From Terriglobia bacterium (lineage in GTDB: Bacteria > Acidobacteriota > Terriglobia > 20CM-2-55-15): a stretch of 64,000 nt of DNA. The notes beneath the pieces are model-generated. The model saw nothing but the letters and a program-made list of their open reading frames with translations. It was not told the origin of the DNA and made no database searches. The position numbers and the translations under genes are program-made. Of this stretch, positions 44,801 through 53,821 are shown piece after piece (the first letter of the stretch is position 1; each line of letters opens with the position of its first letter). Location of the stretch: NCBI GenBank assembly GCA_963664115.2, contig CAXWPJ010000009.1, positions 128,001 to 192,000 on the forward strand, in the 5' to 3' direction.

Positions 44801-47519
44801 TGTCAGTAGCCTAAGTGTTTCAAGTACGACATCTTTGACTGCGACTTTCACGGTAAGCTCTGACCCGAGCCCTGGGGCTGTCAACGTGACGGTGACGACG
44901 GGAGCCGGAACGAGCGGGACCCAAGCCTATACCGTCACCGTGCCTTCACCCACACTGTCCGGCGTTGCGCCAACGTCCGGCCTCCAGGGTGGGGCAACTA
45001 ACGTGACCTTGACTGGAACCAACTTCACGCCGTCGTCAACGGTCAGTGCCGCAAGCAATATCACGGTGAGTAATGTCGTCGTTACTGGAACGACATCCAT
45101 CGCTGCGACACTGACAATCGATTCCGACGCAGCGACTGGTTCGCGGGATATCACCGTCACTACCAACGGCGGAGACGCTACCGTCTCCTTTACTGTCCTT
45201 GTGCCGACTCCCACGATCACGGGTCTCTCTACCGATTCCTTTAAACAGGGTTTCACCGGTCCTGTTACGATCACAGGGACGAACTTTTCCGGGACCGACG
45301 TCACTATAAGCGGGGCTACGGGGGCTTTTGTTTCCGGGTTTACAGTCGACAGCCCGACGCAGATTACGGCTATATTCGTTTTGAGTGCTGCTCCCGGTAC
45401 TCCAAAGGTCAAAGTGACGACCGCGAGCGGAACGAGCAATGAATTCTCGTTCGCTATCAATTCCAGCGATATCACAGCGGCAAGCGAGTTAGAAGCGACA
45501 ACTCTGGCGGGGAGTGAGGGTTTCGGGTCGGAAGACGGGACGGGATCGGCGGCAGCGTTTAATACGCCGAACGGATCCTGGTCGGACGGCACGAATCTTT
45601 ACGTTTCCGATTTCGTCAACCACACGATCCGAAAGATCGTGATCGGGACCGGCGAAGTGACGACGCTGGCGGGGAAGGCGGGAGTATCCGGGTCAGACAA
45701 CGATGCTTCTGGGGGGACCGACGCGCGTTTCAACGGACCGGCCGGTATCGTCGGCGATGGATCCGGGAATCTGTATGTCGCTGATTTCAATAACAACACG
45801 ATCCGGAAGATAGTGGTTTCCGGTGGTGTTGCAACCTCCGTTTCGACCCTGGCTGGCGACGCCAGCGAGGCGGCAGGGACTTTGGATGGTACCGGTAGCG
45901 CGGCTCGCTTCAACGGCCCATTCGGTATCTCCTGTTGCGGTGGCGCCCCTTCCGCCCTCTACGTGACCGATAGTGGCAATCACACGATCCGGGAGATCGT
46001 CGTCTCATCCGGTGCAGTGACGACCCCGGTGGGTGTGGCCGGAACCTCAGGATTCGTAAATGCGTCGGATAACCTTGCAAAATTCAATACGCCCAAGGGT
46101 CTCACTGAAATCAGCGGCAATCTCTATGTCGCGGATTCGGGAAACAACGCGATCCGAAAAGTCACGACTGTGGGAACACACAACGTGACGACCTTCGCCG
46201 GCAGCACGGCCGGAACCCCGGGTTCTACCGACGCTACCGGCACGGCGGCGCTATTCAACGGTCCGGTGGGTATCACTGCCGACGGCACAACCAGTCTGCT
46301 TGTCGGCGACCAGCTCAACCATACGATTCGGAAGATACAAATCTCAGACCAGGTAGTATCCACCTTTGGGGGTGCGGCCGCCAGCAGCGGCTTTGTCAAT
46401 GGCAATGCAAGCACCGCGCGGTTCAACCGACCCGGATTCGTGTTTGTTGCCAGCAGTACGTTGTATGTATCGGACGAGCTGAATCATGCGATCCGGAGCA
46501 CGGACACCGGTACCGTCTCTTTCTCCACACTTGCAGGGAGCCCAAACCCCAAGAGTGGAACGACGGATGAGACAGGGTCGAAGGCCCGATTCAATTTCCC
46601 GGGTGGGACGTGGGGCGATGGTTTGGGGAACCTCTACGTTTCAGACACCCTCAACCACACGATTCGAAAGATCGTGCTATCTACCGGTGCCGTGACGACC
46701 CTTTGGGGTTCAGGGTCTTCAGGTTCTACAAATGCCAAATTTACCTCGGCTGAATTTAGTTTCCCTGAAGGTTTGTGGGGTGACGGTCTGGGCATCCTGT
46801 ACGTTGCCGACACGGGAAACCACTTGATTCGTAAGATAGACATCTCGTCGGGAGACGTGACAACCTTGGCCGGTACAGGCTCAGCCGGACAGGCGGACCT
46901 GAGTGGGATAAGTGCTTCATTTGATTCTCCCCACGCTCTCTGGGGTGATAGCGCGACGCTCTATGTTGCGGACAAGAACAACCATGTGATCCGCAAGATT
47001 GTGATTTCAGGGGCGGCTGTTACCACGTTCGCCGGTGTCACCGACGATCCTGGCTTCCTGAATGATGATGGAACTTCAGCCAAGTTCAATACGCCACTGG
47101 GGATATGGGGTGACGATTCGAATATCTATGTGACGGACGGTCACAACAACAGAATTCGCAAGATTGAAATTGGCGGCACACAGACAGTAACAACGATTGC
47201 GGGGTCGGGGGACCCTAACGCAGTCGACAACGAGGATGGAGCTTTGGCCGCGTTCGCTTTTCCTCACGCGATCTGGGGAGATGGAACCAGCCTCTGGGTT
47301 GCCGACCTGAACAACAACTCGATTCGTAAAGTTGAAATTGCGAGCACTCACGCTGTAAGTACCGTAGCAGGGTTGGCCGGTAGCGCCGGCTTTGTCAACG
47401 GCACCGGTTCGGCCGCCCGGTTCAACTCGCCGCAGACAATCTGGGGTGATGGTGAGAATCTGTATATCTCGGGGGGCTCGAACCACCAGGTCAGAAAGCT
47501 CAGTCCTGTCCTCGAATAG
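38853..47519 (+). CDS. Giant surface protein (YVTN propeller, many IPT/TIG domains, nidogen-like domain, NHL propellers), 5'-truncated by IS630
   Basis: 2888-aa frame with no signal peptide, running directly from the IS-terminal CTAG (CTA GGC GAA GTG...). Repeats VSVIDLET, LTIQGANF/PPPGGG, LPFTFPFFG...STNGYVTF, LYVADxxNHTIRKI. Confidence 0.82.
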   Translation: MRGWAYLRSDVALVGSALLGTDNGFALVNVSGAVLEADFIPPAQVVGSISGRVTQDGVGVAEVTLSLAGTLQATTASDSQGRYNFGQLPAGEYTVTASRVGALFVPGERTVTLGLENVTDQDFQAGGVIPAEVPEVRIITPSAAFQGTELLNLTIQGANFNPASVVEFDGEALQTTFVSAGELQAVLSADLLGETGSADIRVVTPPPGGGSSSAAVFVVNLVPDNPLIEGRVEVGAFPAGVAIDPNRHIALVSNEGADTVSVIDLETLEVTSTIAVGRSPDEGIAIDSGRDLALVANAGDNNVSVIDLETNTVTGTIDVGRFPMGIAIDRGEAVAIVVNGADDTVTFIDVTNNQVLGTLGVGSRPAGVAVHDGLDIAVVTNRGSGTVSLIDVRTQTSVGTIAVGDFPRGVAIDEANDLAVVVNSNSDSVSLIDLNDRELVGTVSVGTAPTAVAIHEATGHGVVTNSGVTRATTSLGALTTASIVNINSADRLEDIPVGSAAFGVAVDEDLQLAVVANFGSNDVTVIRIPNPIPRVSDVSPKTFPAGGGEFTITVSGTGFLPTSVVTLNGKSLPTTFVSSTRLRAVVSAGIVEDLLNVSALSGMSALSLKDADPLVSAQHITAEFNVGVSNPGPGGGPSPEPPNSGSNDIEVENPEPILRTISPRQIDIGADEFVLRLSGRNFNRTSVVNFGSSRHSGFDVDETSIRVRIPGSDLVIGETAVSVTNPEPGGGTSRSLEFTVTDPANPAPVIESVDPRSVPAGSVALGLSIEGSGFIPGVTTVRLDGDRLEATVTETSIDAVVPADLFAVPETLSGLVLNPEPGGGTATFSINVLNPEPTIAGFSPETAEAGISLELTVRGTGFGPASEITLDATPIDTRYVSDTELLGRVPAGLLESGVERRIGVHSPPPGGGSVSGGVLAVVNPVPVIERVNPAEVHVDDLPVRVTVRGSGFLPNSRVELNQPVAVTDLEISGSETLSFTVPADAGAGVHTVTVINSEPGGGVSNGVMFTITGAPPELTAVNPDSGIAGVATRIEVRGLNFEEGAAILFDGRSIGTRFDSETSLSGTILAELPGVFAVAVENPDGKTSNSRDFTVLVGPNPEPRISDLNPDPSDVQPGNRVTIRGSGFIEESEVTIDGRRVAIEVLSDSRIRFTAPNLSVGGHRLRVINPASEGGGGGRDSLSFDTVSHEVVADVSFKLVRDPTLIVEGEEAIIALSLSEALDFDLEVTITVADSSVAKIVDEGDEVTSSTGTIHAGEVHGSGPIKGLAEGTTTVKVTADGFDTVTATIRVMPAEGDGIIDSVSPASIIIPVGGSSSFTVTRFEDTQGAPIAIGTSTAPNDIAGVESGLTFGANSLTVSGTVNGLAAGSNTLKVAGVDAPSLLSDHVINFIPPDVDLPPTVDLQTTGLEIEFEDDDDDYEVRALPFTFPFFGGEEDSVFPSTNGYVTFGAGDDEYEWDDPEEFLSIPRAAPFATDLILVEDSSVFTNEITIAGGDAFVVTYEDMGIYDEPDLGGIHTFQVVLFETGAIQFRYGDINNAPSETEEDVWVGVSPQPPKFDEPFSVWGDGTHLYVADSDNDAIRRVSLETREVTTFAGGTNGDTDGIGTAAQFDEPRGITGDGNGNLYVADRANHTIRKIAIATGEVTTLAGDPSNQGDEDGIGSAARFFRPRDLEIVGGDLYVTDRDNHTIRKIVIGTRDVTTFAGSAGDEGSDDGIGTAAQFDRPRGIWSDGTFLYVTDDFNHTVRKIEIATAEVTTFAGKIEIATAEVTTFAGLADSAADDDGIGSAARFDRPDGIDGDGTYLYVTERDNATVRRIEIATREVTTLAGGTFGFEDGVGTAAKFRTPSGVWLDGNELYIADEENNLIRRLDLTSGVVDTFSGTLSFAGSGISPGLINGVGALTDDSDETPLNSNYTLARGFIFDKFNPVSDKLISIPVTVTGTPTLTGASPDTGGTSSSLTVTLTGTGFVPGGTTVSVLGSDVTVSSLSVSSTTSLTATFTVSSDPSPGAVNVTVTTGAGTSGTQAYTVTVPSPTLSGVAPTSGLQGGATNVTLTGTNFTPSSTVSAASNITVSNVVVTGTTSIAATLTIDSDAATGSRDITVTTNGGDATVSFTVLVPTPTITGLSTDSFKQGFTGPVTITGTNFSGTDVTISGATGAFVSGFTVDSPTQITAIFVLSAAPGTPKVKVTTASGTSNEFSFAINSSDITAASELEATTLAGSEGFGSEDGTGSAAAFNTPNGSWSDGTNLYVSDFVNHTIRKIVIGTGEVTTLAGKAGVSGSDNDASGGTDARFNGPAGIVGDGSGNLYVADFNNNTIRKIVVSGGVATSVSTLAGDASEAAGTLDGTGSAARFNGPFGISCCGGAPSALYVTDSGNHTIREIVVSSGAVTTPVGVAGTSGFVNASDNLAKFNTPKGLTEISGNLYVADSGNNAIRKVTTVGTHNVTTFAGSTAGTPGSTDATGTAALFNGPVGITADGTTSLLVGDQLNHTIRKIQISDQVVSTFGGAAASSGFVNGNASTARFNRPGFVFVASSTLYVSDELNHAIRSTDTGTVSFSTLAGSPNPKSGTTDETGSKARFNFPGGTWGDGLGNLYVSDTLNHTIRKIVLSTGAVTTLWGSGSSGSTNAKFTSAEFSFPEGLWGDGLGILYVADTGNHLIRKIDISSGDVTTLAGTGSAGQADLSGISASFDSPHALWGDSATLYVADKNNHVIRKIVISGAAVTTFAGVTDDPGFLNDDGTSAKFNTPLGIWGDDSNIYVTDGHNNRIRKIEIGGTQTVTTIAGSGDPNAVDNEDGALAAFAFPHAIWGDGTSLWVADLNNNSIRKVEIASTHAVSTVAGLAGSAGFVNGTGSAARFNSPQTIWGDGENLYISGGSNHQVRKLSPVLE
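44088..44171 (+). repeat. Exact 42-bp in-frame tandem duplication (KIEIATAEVTTFAG x2)
   Basis: AAGATCGAGATCGCGACGGCTGAAGTGACGACGTTTGCCGGC at 44088-44129 and 44130-44171. Confidence 0.92.
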
Positions 47520-47814
47520 CTGATTGTGCCCCAAGTCGCCTTCCGTGTGTCTCACCAGCTATATATGATTCACGCACAGTCAATCCTCGCGTTGTGGGTT
47601 GCGACCGTGTTGGATTTGGCGGCGGCGACGAGCGCGTCTTGGAAAGTAATCGGGGACGGCCCAAGCTGTTCGGCTGATCTTAGGAACGGATCCTTTGAAT
47701 CCGCCCAGCAGACCCGGCTATCAGTCCAGCTGAGGCACCCCTCCCTGCAGTGGCTCCACGCCGACCCCAGTGATACAATTTGTTTGCTGTTTTCTGGCAC
47801 CTTGGGGAGGTCTC

Positions 47815-48513
47815 ATGGAGAGAACTCGAACTGTGGTTGTGGTACTCCCGGCCTATAACGAGGGCCGGATGGTTCGTGACGTGATCGCCCACCTTCCTGA
47901 TTCGATCGATGGCATTCCATTAATTCCCATAGTCGTTGACGATGGCTCTTCCGATCAAACGAGCCGTGGGGCACGCGATGCGGGAGCTCTGGTGGTTCGG
48001 CATCGGACAAATCTCGGTGTGGGGGTGGCAACGCGCACCGGGTTTCGGGCTGCATGCGAGCTCGATGCGGATGTGATTGTAACGATGGACGCCGATGGGC
48101 AGCATGATCCGAACGACCTGCCGACCTTGGTCCGTGCAATCACCAACGGGGACTGTGATGTGGCCCTCGGCACCCGGCCGATCAGCTTTCGCACGATGCC
48201 GTGGTCTCGCTACATCGCCAACACCCTTTCCTACGCAGTGGTCGCAATGCTGTACGGGCGGAGAGTGGACGATTCACAGTCAGGATTTAAGGCCTTTACG
48301 CGCCATGCCGTCGAAACGATGGAGCTTAGCGCTAACGGCTATGAGATTTGTTCCGAAATGGTTGGCGAAATGTTTTCGAAGAAACTCCGCTACCGGTCCG
48401 TGCCGATTAGGGCGATCTACACCGAGTACTCCCAGAGGAAAGCCCAGCCGTTCCTGAACGGGGTCAACATCATTTTGCGGCTTCTGGCTGGACGACTGAT
48501 CCACGTGCGATGA
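47815..48513 (+). CDS. Glycosyltransferase family 2 (DPM1-like)
   Basis: VVLPAYNE, VVDDGSSDQT, TMDADGQHDP, DSQSGFKAF; GGAGG RBS before ATG 47815. Confidence 0.92.
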   Translation: MERTRTVVVVLPAYNEGRMVRDVIAHLPDSIDGIPLIPIVVDDGSSDQTSRGARDAGALVVRHRTNLGVGVATRTGFRAACELDADVIVTMDADGQHDPNDLPTLVRAITNGDCDVALGTRPISFRTMPWSRYIANTLSYAVVAMLYGRRVDDSQSGFKAFTRHAVETMELSANGYEICSEMVGEMFSKKLRYRSVPIRAIYTEYSQRKAQPFLNGVNIILRLLAGRLIHVR

Positions 48514-48887
48514 TTGTCATTCTCACCAAGACCTTCGCGATACTGTTAGCGCTCATCGTAATTTCAAAGAGTTATACGGACCTGCGGCTCCGAAGGGAAT
48601 CGTTGCTGATGTTCCTGTTCTGGACGACAACGTGGCTGGGTATCGTTCTCGTAGCTTTGGCGCCGTCGATCGTGGATCGTATCATCGCAATTGGCGGCGG
48701 GCAGGCCGGCATTGGGACTGTCTTCGGTATAACCTTCATGTTTATGTTCTTCGTCGTCTATCGAATTTACGTCAAACTGGATCGGACCGAGCAAAAGATG
48801 GTCCGGTTGGTTCAGGAGTTGGCCATGGAGGATGCGAAGATCGAAAAGCCTCCGGTCAAGCGATCTTCGGTCTCCGATGACGCTTGA
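48510..48887 (+). CDS. DUF2304-family membrane protein
   Basis: Three TMs, LFW..W, C-terminal KMVRLVQELA; overlaps a DPM1-like GT2, the usual context for this family. Confidence 0.8.
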   Translation: MIVILTKTFAILLALIVISKSYTDLRLRRESLLMFLFWTTTWLGIVLVALAPSIVDRIIAIGGGQAGIGTVFGITFMFMFFVVYRIYVKLDRTEQKMVRLVQELAMEDAKIEKPPVKRSSVSDDA

Positions 48888-48999
48888 TGTCCTTTCCCGC
48901 CTGGGTCACCCAGTCACAGTCGTCGAAGTGGAAGCGATGCGGGCCAACTGAGCCCACAACCGTTTTTAAGATAGATGATGACCCCGTTTACAAGCTGAG

Positions 49000-49953
49000 A
49001 TGATGACAGATAAGAAGACAAAACACGCGGGTACGAAAAAGATGCTCGTGTTGGGAGCGCGCGGCACTGTGGGCCGCACTTTGGTCGACGAACTGGCTGG
49101 CCGGAAGCATGATCTGGTGATTGCGGATCGGGGATACTTCTCGGCGCCGAATTACTACAAGTGCGACATATCGGAGTATCGGCAACTGGAGCAGATTTTC
49201 CTCGATCACGACGTCGGATTTGTTTACAACTTGGCGGCCGAGTTCGGTCGCTGGAACGGCGAGGCCTTTTATGAAAATCTATGGACGACGAACGTCGTCG
49301 GGTTCAAGCACCTTCTGAGACTGCAGGAGCGATTCAAGTTTCGGATGGTCCACTTTTCATCCTCTGAAGTTTACGGAGACTACGATGGCGTCATGGCGGA
49401 AGACGTGATGGACACGCACGAAATTCGCCAACTCAACGACTACGCGATGACCAAGTGGGTGAATGAAATGCAGGCCTTGAACTCGGCCGCCATGTTCGGT
49501 ACCGAGACCGTCCGCGTGCGCTTATTCAACACCTACGGACCTGGAGAGTACTACAGCCCTTACCGCAGCGCCCTGTGCATCTTTTGTTATCACGCCCTGC
49601 ACGATCTCCCTTATACCGTTTATCTGGGCCACCGACGCACATCGACTTTCGTCACGGATGCCTGCAGGACACTGGCGAACATCTATGAACGGTTTCGCCC
49701 TGGTGAGGTCTACAACATCGGCGGTCGTGATTTGCACGACATGAAAACGAGTTCGGATATCATCATGAAGCTGCTCGGAAAGAGCGATGATATCGTGTCC
49801 TATCAAGAAGGTGAACCGTTTACGACCAAGGACAAGGTTGTGGATATCAGCAAGGCCGAACGAGAGCTCGATCATAAGAGCACCGTCGATCTGGAGGCCG
49901 GTTTGGCGCGCACATTGGAATGGATGAAAAGCGTTTACAGTGTGGACCGCTGA
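49000..49953 (+). CDS. NAD-dependent epimerase/dehydratase (SDR)
   Basis: GARGTVG nucleotide-binding motif, FSSSEVYG, YAMTK (YxxxK), RLFNTYGPG. Confidence 0.92.
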   Translation: MMTDKKTKHAGTKKMLVLGARGTVGRTLVDELAGRKHDLVIADRGYFSAPNYYKCDISEYRQLEQIFLDHDVGFVYNLAAEFGRWNGEAFYENLWTTNVVGFKHLLRLQERFKFRMVHFSSSEVYGDYDGVMAEDVMDTHEIRQLNDYAMTKWVNEMQALNSAAMFGTETVRVRLFNTYGPGEYYSPYRSALCIFCYHALHDLPYTVYLGHRRTSTFVTDACRTLANIYERFRPGEVYNIGGRDLHDMKTSSDIIMKLLGKSDDIVSYQEGEPFTTKDKVVDISKAERELDHKSTVDLEAGLARTLEWMKSVYSVDR

Positions 49954-49975
49954 GATCCGGCCAGCGGATTAAGGC

Positions 49976-51187
49976 TTGCTGTTGAAGATCCTTGTCGTTC
50001 ATGAGGTCAACTACCTCACAAAGATAGTTTACGAATTCCAGATCCTGCCCGAACTCCTTTCCATTCTAGGGCACGACGTTACCGTCGTAGATTTTGACGA
50101 TACCTGGGACGAAGTGTCGGATCGGCCTGTCATCGACCTCCGCACGACGCGTCAATCCGGAGTGCATCGCGCTTATCCAGATGCTTCGGTTCGTCTTAGG
50201 CATCCGGGCGTAGTCCGCTTACCCCTTGTCGCGAGGCTGTCCGGGGCCTTGACGAACGCGGTCGAGGTCTATAGAGCGCTCAGCGATTCCGACTACGACG
50301 TCGTTCTCCTCTATGGCGTTCCCACGGTTGGAATTCAGACTTGTCTCTCGGCGAGAAAACACGGTGTGCCCATCGTTTTCAGGTCAATCGACATTAGTCA
50401 CCAGCTTGTGCCTGCATCTGTTTTGGCGCCGCCGACTCGGCTGATCGAAAAGATCATCTATAACACCGCCGACGGGATTTCAGCGCTGACCCCCAGAATT
50501 CGGGACTATGTCCAATCGTACGGCGTCCCCGCGTCAAAAATTCATGTCCTGCCCGCAGGCGTTGACATGGAACGTTTCTGTCCAGGCTCCAGGAACGACG
50601 CCCTTCTTTCGGACTGGGGCATTACGCAAGCGGACCGTGTGATTCTCTTTATGGGGACAATCTATCGTTTCAGCGGTCTGGATCGCGTCATTGGGGACTT
50701 CCCAGCTTTGTTGTCCCGACATCCGAACTCCAAGCTGCTGGTGGTGGGAAAGGGCGATGACATGGAACGTCTGAAAAAGCGGTCTGAGAGCGTTGGAGTC
50801 TCCTCGAACGTGGTGTTCACAGGCGTCCAACCTTACTCATTGCTGCCCGACATTATCCGATCCTCAGATCTTTGCATCAATCCGTTCGAGCTCAACGCGA
50901 TAACTCGAGACATCTTGCCGACCAAGCTGTTCCAGTACTTGGCGTGCGGCCGTCCCCTGGTTGCGACCCAATTGCCGGGAACCATGCCGTTTCTCACAGG
51001 TGAGAGTGAAGGTGTCGTTTACAGAACGCTTCCCAACATCGTCAACACGCTGGCCGACCTACTGGATGCACCCCAACGGTGTGCAGAATTGGGAAACAAT
51101 GCTTCCCGTGCGATGGGTAGGCAGTATGACTGGAAACACATTGCCCAATCCCTGGCCAACTGGATCGAGGAGATCATTCAACGATGA
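49976..51187 (+). CDS. Glycosyltransferase family 4
   Basis: GVDMERF, ILFMGTI, LLVVGKG, PTKLFQYLACGRPLV. Confidence 0.9.
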   Translation: MLLKILVVHEVNYLTKIVYEFQILPELLSILGHDVTVVDFDDTWDEVSDRPVIDLRTTRQSGVHRAYPDASVRLRHPGVVRLPLVARLSGALTNAVEVYRALSDSDYDVVLLYGVPTVGIQTCLSARKHGVPIVFRSIDISHQLVPASVLAPPTRLIEKIIYNTADGISALTPRIRDYVQSYGVPASKIHVLPAGVDMERFCPGSRNDALLSDWGITQADRVILFMGTIYRFSGLDRVIGDFPALLSRHPNSKLLVVGKGDDMERLKKRSESVGVSSNVVFTGVQPYSLLPDIIRSSDLCINPFELNAITRDILPTKLFQYLACGRPLVATQLPGTMPFLTGESEGVVYRTLPNIVNTLADLLDAPQRCAELGNNASRAMGRQYDWKHIAQSLANWIEEIIQR

Positions 51188-52371
51188 AGGTTGCGATGGT
51201 CACACCTTATTTTTACTCTGCCTGGGATTACGGCGGCCCTCCCCGCAGTGCACATAACCTTGCAAGTTCACTGGCGCAACAGGGAGTGTCCGTGCGGGTC
51301 TTTACGACGGACACGGCTGGGGCTCGCCGGCTATCCGCAAAGGCAATAGAAGAGGCATCGATGGGCGCCAACCGAGGTCTTCAAGTTTGGCATTGCCGGA
51401 ACATGTCCAACCGGCTGGCCTTTCGTCATCGCCTCTTTCTTCCGACCCGATTTTCCGGAACACTCGATCGGAACCTTGGGGATTCTGAACTGATTCATGT
51501 CCATGAACTGAGGTCGTTTCTTACGGTGGCCGCCCGTCGGGCCGCCCGCCGGAGGGGTATCCCCTATGTGGTGTCTACCCACGGGGGCCTATTGCACTTG
51601 GGAAAGCGCCACGCGAAGGTATTGTTCGATACGTTTTGGGGAAGCCGCGTGATTCGAGACGCCGCAGGTCTGATCGCCGTGTCCGAGATGGAGGCAGAGC
51701 AGATGCGGTCTTTTGGTATTCGTAACGACCGCATTCACCTGTTACCGAATCCCATCGACACAAATCTCTATGACGTCTTGCCTGCTTCCGGGCAGTTCCG
51801 GGAGCGCTGGGGTTTAGGGACCTCAAAACTCGTACTCTTTCTTGGAAGGCTCAATTGGATTAAAGGTGCGGACCTGTTGATAACGGCTTTCGAAAAACTT
51901 TCCGGGGATGTCCACCTGGTTTTGGCCGGCCCGGACGATGGGCACAGAGCTCAGTTGGATGCCTTACTATCTCCTGAACTAGCTAAGCGAGTGACTTTTA
52001 CAGGACGCCTGGACCATGCTGATAAGTTGGCAGCCTTCGTGGACGCCGACATCTGCGTCGTGCCTTCTCGAAGCGAAATCTTTGGCATGGTCGTGCTGGA
52101 AGCCCTGGCCTGTCGGCGAGGCGTGTTGCTGTCCTCGGCTTGCGGCCTCATCCCCGAACTGGAGGATGAGGAATGTGTCCGCGTGTTCGAAAATGGTAAC
52201 AGCTCAGATCTGGCCCGGAAGCTCGATACCGCGTTAGGGAGCCGGCACTCTAAGGGGGGGGTGGAGGCTGCGCGTCAGTTCGTATTGAAAGGGTTTTCTG
52301 CTGAGGCGGTAGCCGCCCGGGCGCGGTCGATCTATACGTCGATCTATACAAGATTTGGGGCAGCGGATTAG
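51184..52371 (+). CDS. Glycosyltransferase family 4
   Basis: YGGPPRS, VLFLGRLNWIKGADLL, LAGPDDG, PSRSEIFGMVVLEALAC. Confidence 0.92.
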   Translation: MKVAMVTPYFYSAWDYGGPPRSAHNLASSLAQQGVSVRVFTTDTAGARRLSAKAIEEASMGANRGLQVWHCRNMSNRLAFRHRLFLPTRFSGTLDRNLGDSELIHVHELRSFLTVAARRAARRRGIPYVVSTHGGLLHLGKRHAKVLFDTFWGSRVIRDAAGLIAVSEMEAEQMRSFGIRNDRIHLLPNPIDTNLYDVLPASGQFRERWGLGTSKLVLFLGRLNWIKGADLLITAFEKLSGDVHLVLAGPDDGHRAQLDALLSPELAKRVTFTGRLDHADKLAAFVDADICVVPSRSEIFGMVVLEALACRRGVLLSSACGLIPELEDEECVRVFENGNSSDLARKLDTALGSRHSKGGVEAARQFVLKGFSAEAVAARARSIYTSIYTRFGAAD

Positions 52372-52498
52372 TTCAATGAATTGTCTTGTCTCCTGCAGTC
52401 GCTTCCCGGTTTAGATTCCGCTCCGCGTGTCGGGCACCAACGGCGAGCGCTCCACAACCAACGATCAATCGATCTTCCTACCAAGCGCACAGTGTTAC

Positions 52499-53821
52499 TT
52501 ACGCCCGGACGATCTTCTCCCGACCTGCCGTGATGCCCCGTGTTGCGTTGCGCGTGTCGATCACCAGTTGGGAATGATTGACGATCCACGAATAATCGAT
52601 TTTCGTGTGGTCGGTCGCGATCACGACTGCATGCTGTTTTTCGAGAAGATCCTCGCTTAACTCCACTGACGACAGATCAGAAAAATCGTAATGACGCATC
52701 TTGTGGAGTTTTGGGACGAAGGGGTCGTGGTAGGCGAGTTTCGCGCCTTTCTCCCTCAATAGACTCATAATTTCCATGGCGGGAGATTCCCTCGTGTCGT
52801 CGACGTCTTTCTTGTAGGCGACGCCAAGGATAAGGATCTTGGCCCCGCGTACTGACTTGCCGTCGTCGTTCAGACCCCAGGCGATCTTGTCGACGACGAA
52901 GCGCGGAATGGCCGTGTTGACCTCCCCGGCGAGTTCGATGAAACGGGTTGCAAAGCCGTGCTCCCGGGCTTTCCAAGCCAGATAAAACGGGTCGATTGGG
53001 ATGCAGTGACCGCCCAGTCCGGGCCCAGGATAGAAGGGTGTAAAACCGAAAGGCTTGGTAGCCGCGGCGTCGATGACTTCCCAGATATCGATGTCCATCC
53101 GGTCGCAGAGAAGCTTCAGTTCGTTGACAAGAGCGATGTTGACTGAGCGGTAGATGTTTTCCAGCAGCTTGACCAACTCCCCCGTGTCTGTTGAAGACAC
53201 CGGTACGAGTGCGTCGATCACCTGCCCGTATAGCGCCTTTGCGACAGACAGGCAATTGGGGGTCGTCCCGCCGACCACCTTGGGAATCGTCTGTGTTGAG
53301 AAGTGAGGGTTGCCGGGGTCTTCGCGTTCAGGAGAGTAAGCAAGAAAGTAGTCTTCTCCGGCCGCAAGCCCCGATCCTCGGAAGCGTTCGAGTAAAACTT
53401 CTCTCGTCGTTCCCGGATATGTCGTGCTTTCAAGGACTACGAGTTGTCCTTCACGGAGCGTTTTGCTGACAGCATCGGCCGTACTTTCAACGTACTGCAT
53501 GTCGGGTTCTCGGTTGCTGTTCAGCGGGGTGGGGACACAGATAATGACGCAGTCGGGGTGGGCAAGCTTCGAGAAATCCGCGGTCGCTTCGAAGCGGGCA
53601 CTGGATCGAATTGCCGCCACTCGAGCGGCCTCGACGTGTCCTATATAAGACTGGCCGGCGTTGAGTCGGGTGATCTTCTCCGGATCAACATCGAACCCAA
53701 TGACCTTAAAACCGACTTCCGCAAACCGGAGCACTAAGGGAAGGCCCACATAGCCCAGGCCGATGACGCCGACAACAACGTCATGGGATTTGATCTTTGC
53801 GATGAGTGCATCCCGGATCAT
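52499..53821 (-). CDS. Nucleotide-sugar 6-dehydrogenase (UDP-GlcNAc dehydrogenase, WbpA-like)
   Basis: GLGYVGLPL, ICVPTP, ESTTYPGTT, SPEREDPGN, KLLENIYRSVNIA, GGHCIPIDP, YKKDVDDTRESP. Confidence 0.93.
   Translation of the reverse strand: MIRDALIAKIKSHDVVVGVIGLGYVGLPLVLRFAEVGFKVIGFDVDPEKITRLNAGQSYIGHVEAARVAAIRSSARFEATADFSKLAHPDCVIICVPTPLNSNREPDMQYVESTADAVSKTLREGQLVVLESTTYPGTTREVLLERFRGSGLAAGEDYFLAYSPEREDPGNPHFSTQTIPKVVGGTTPNCLSVAKALYGQVIDALVPVSSTDTGELVKLLENIYRSVNIALVNELKLLCDRMDIDIWEVIDAAATKPFGFTPFYPGPGLGGHCIPIDPFYLAWKAREHGFATRFIELAGEVNTAIPRFVVDKIAWGLNDDGKSVRGAKILILGVAYKKDVDDTRESPAMEIMSLLREKGAKLAYHDPFVPKLHKMRHYDFSDLSSVELSEDLLEKQHAVVIATDHTKIDYSWIVNHSQLVIDTRNATRGITAGREKIVRA

Noticed and set aside
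39287-47555. Numerous minus-strand ORFs inside the giant surface-protein gene (likewise inside 1861-6930)
   Set aside because: Antisense shadows caused by codon bias and repeats.
47526-47858. 110-aa ORF between the giant gene and the GT2 gene
   Set aside because: No RBS or motifs and it overlaps the GT2 start; treated as intergenic.
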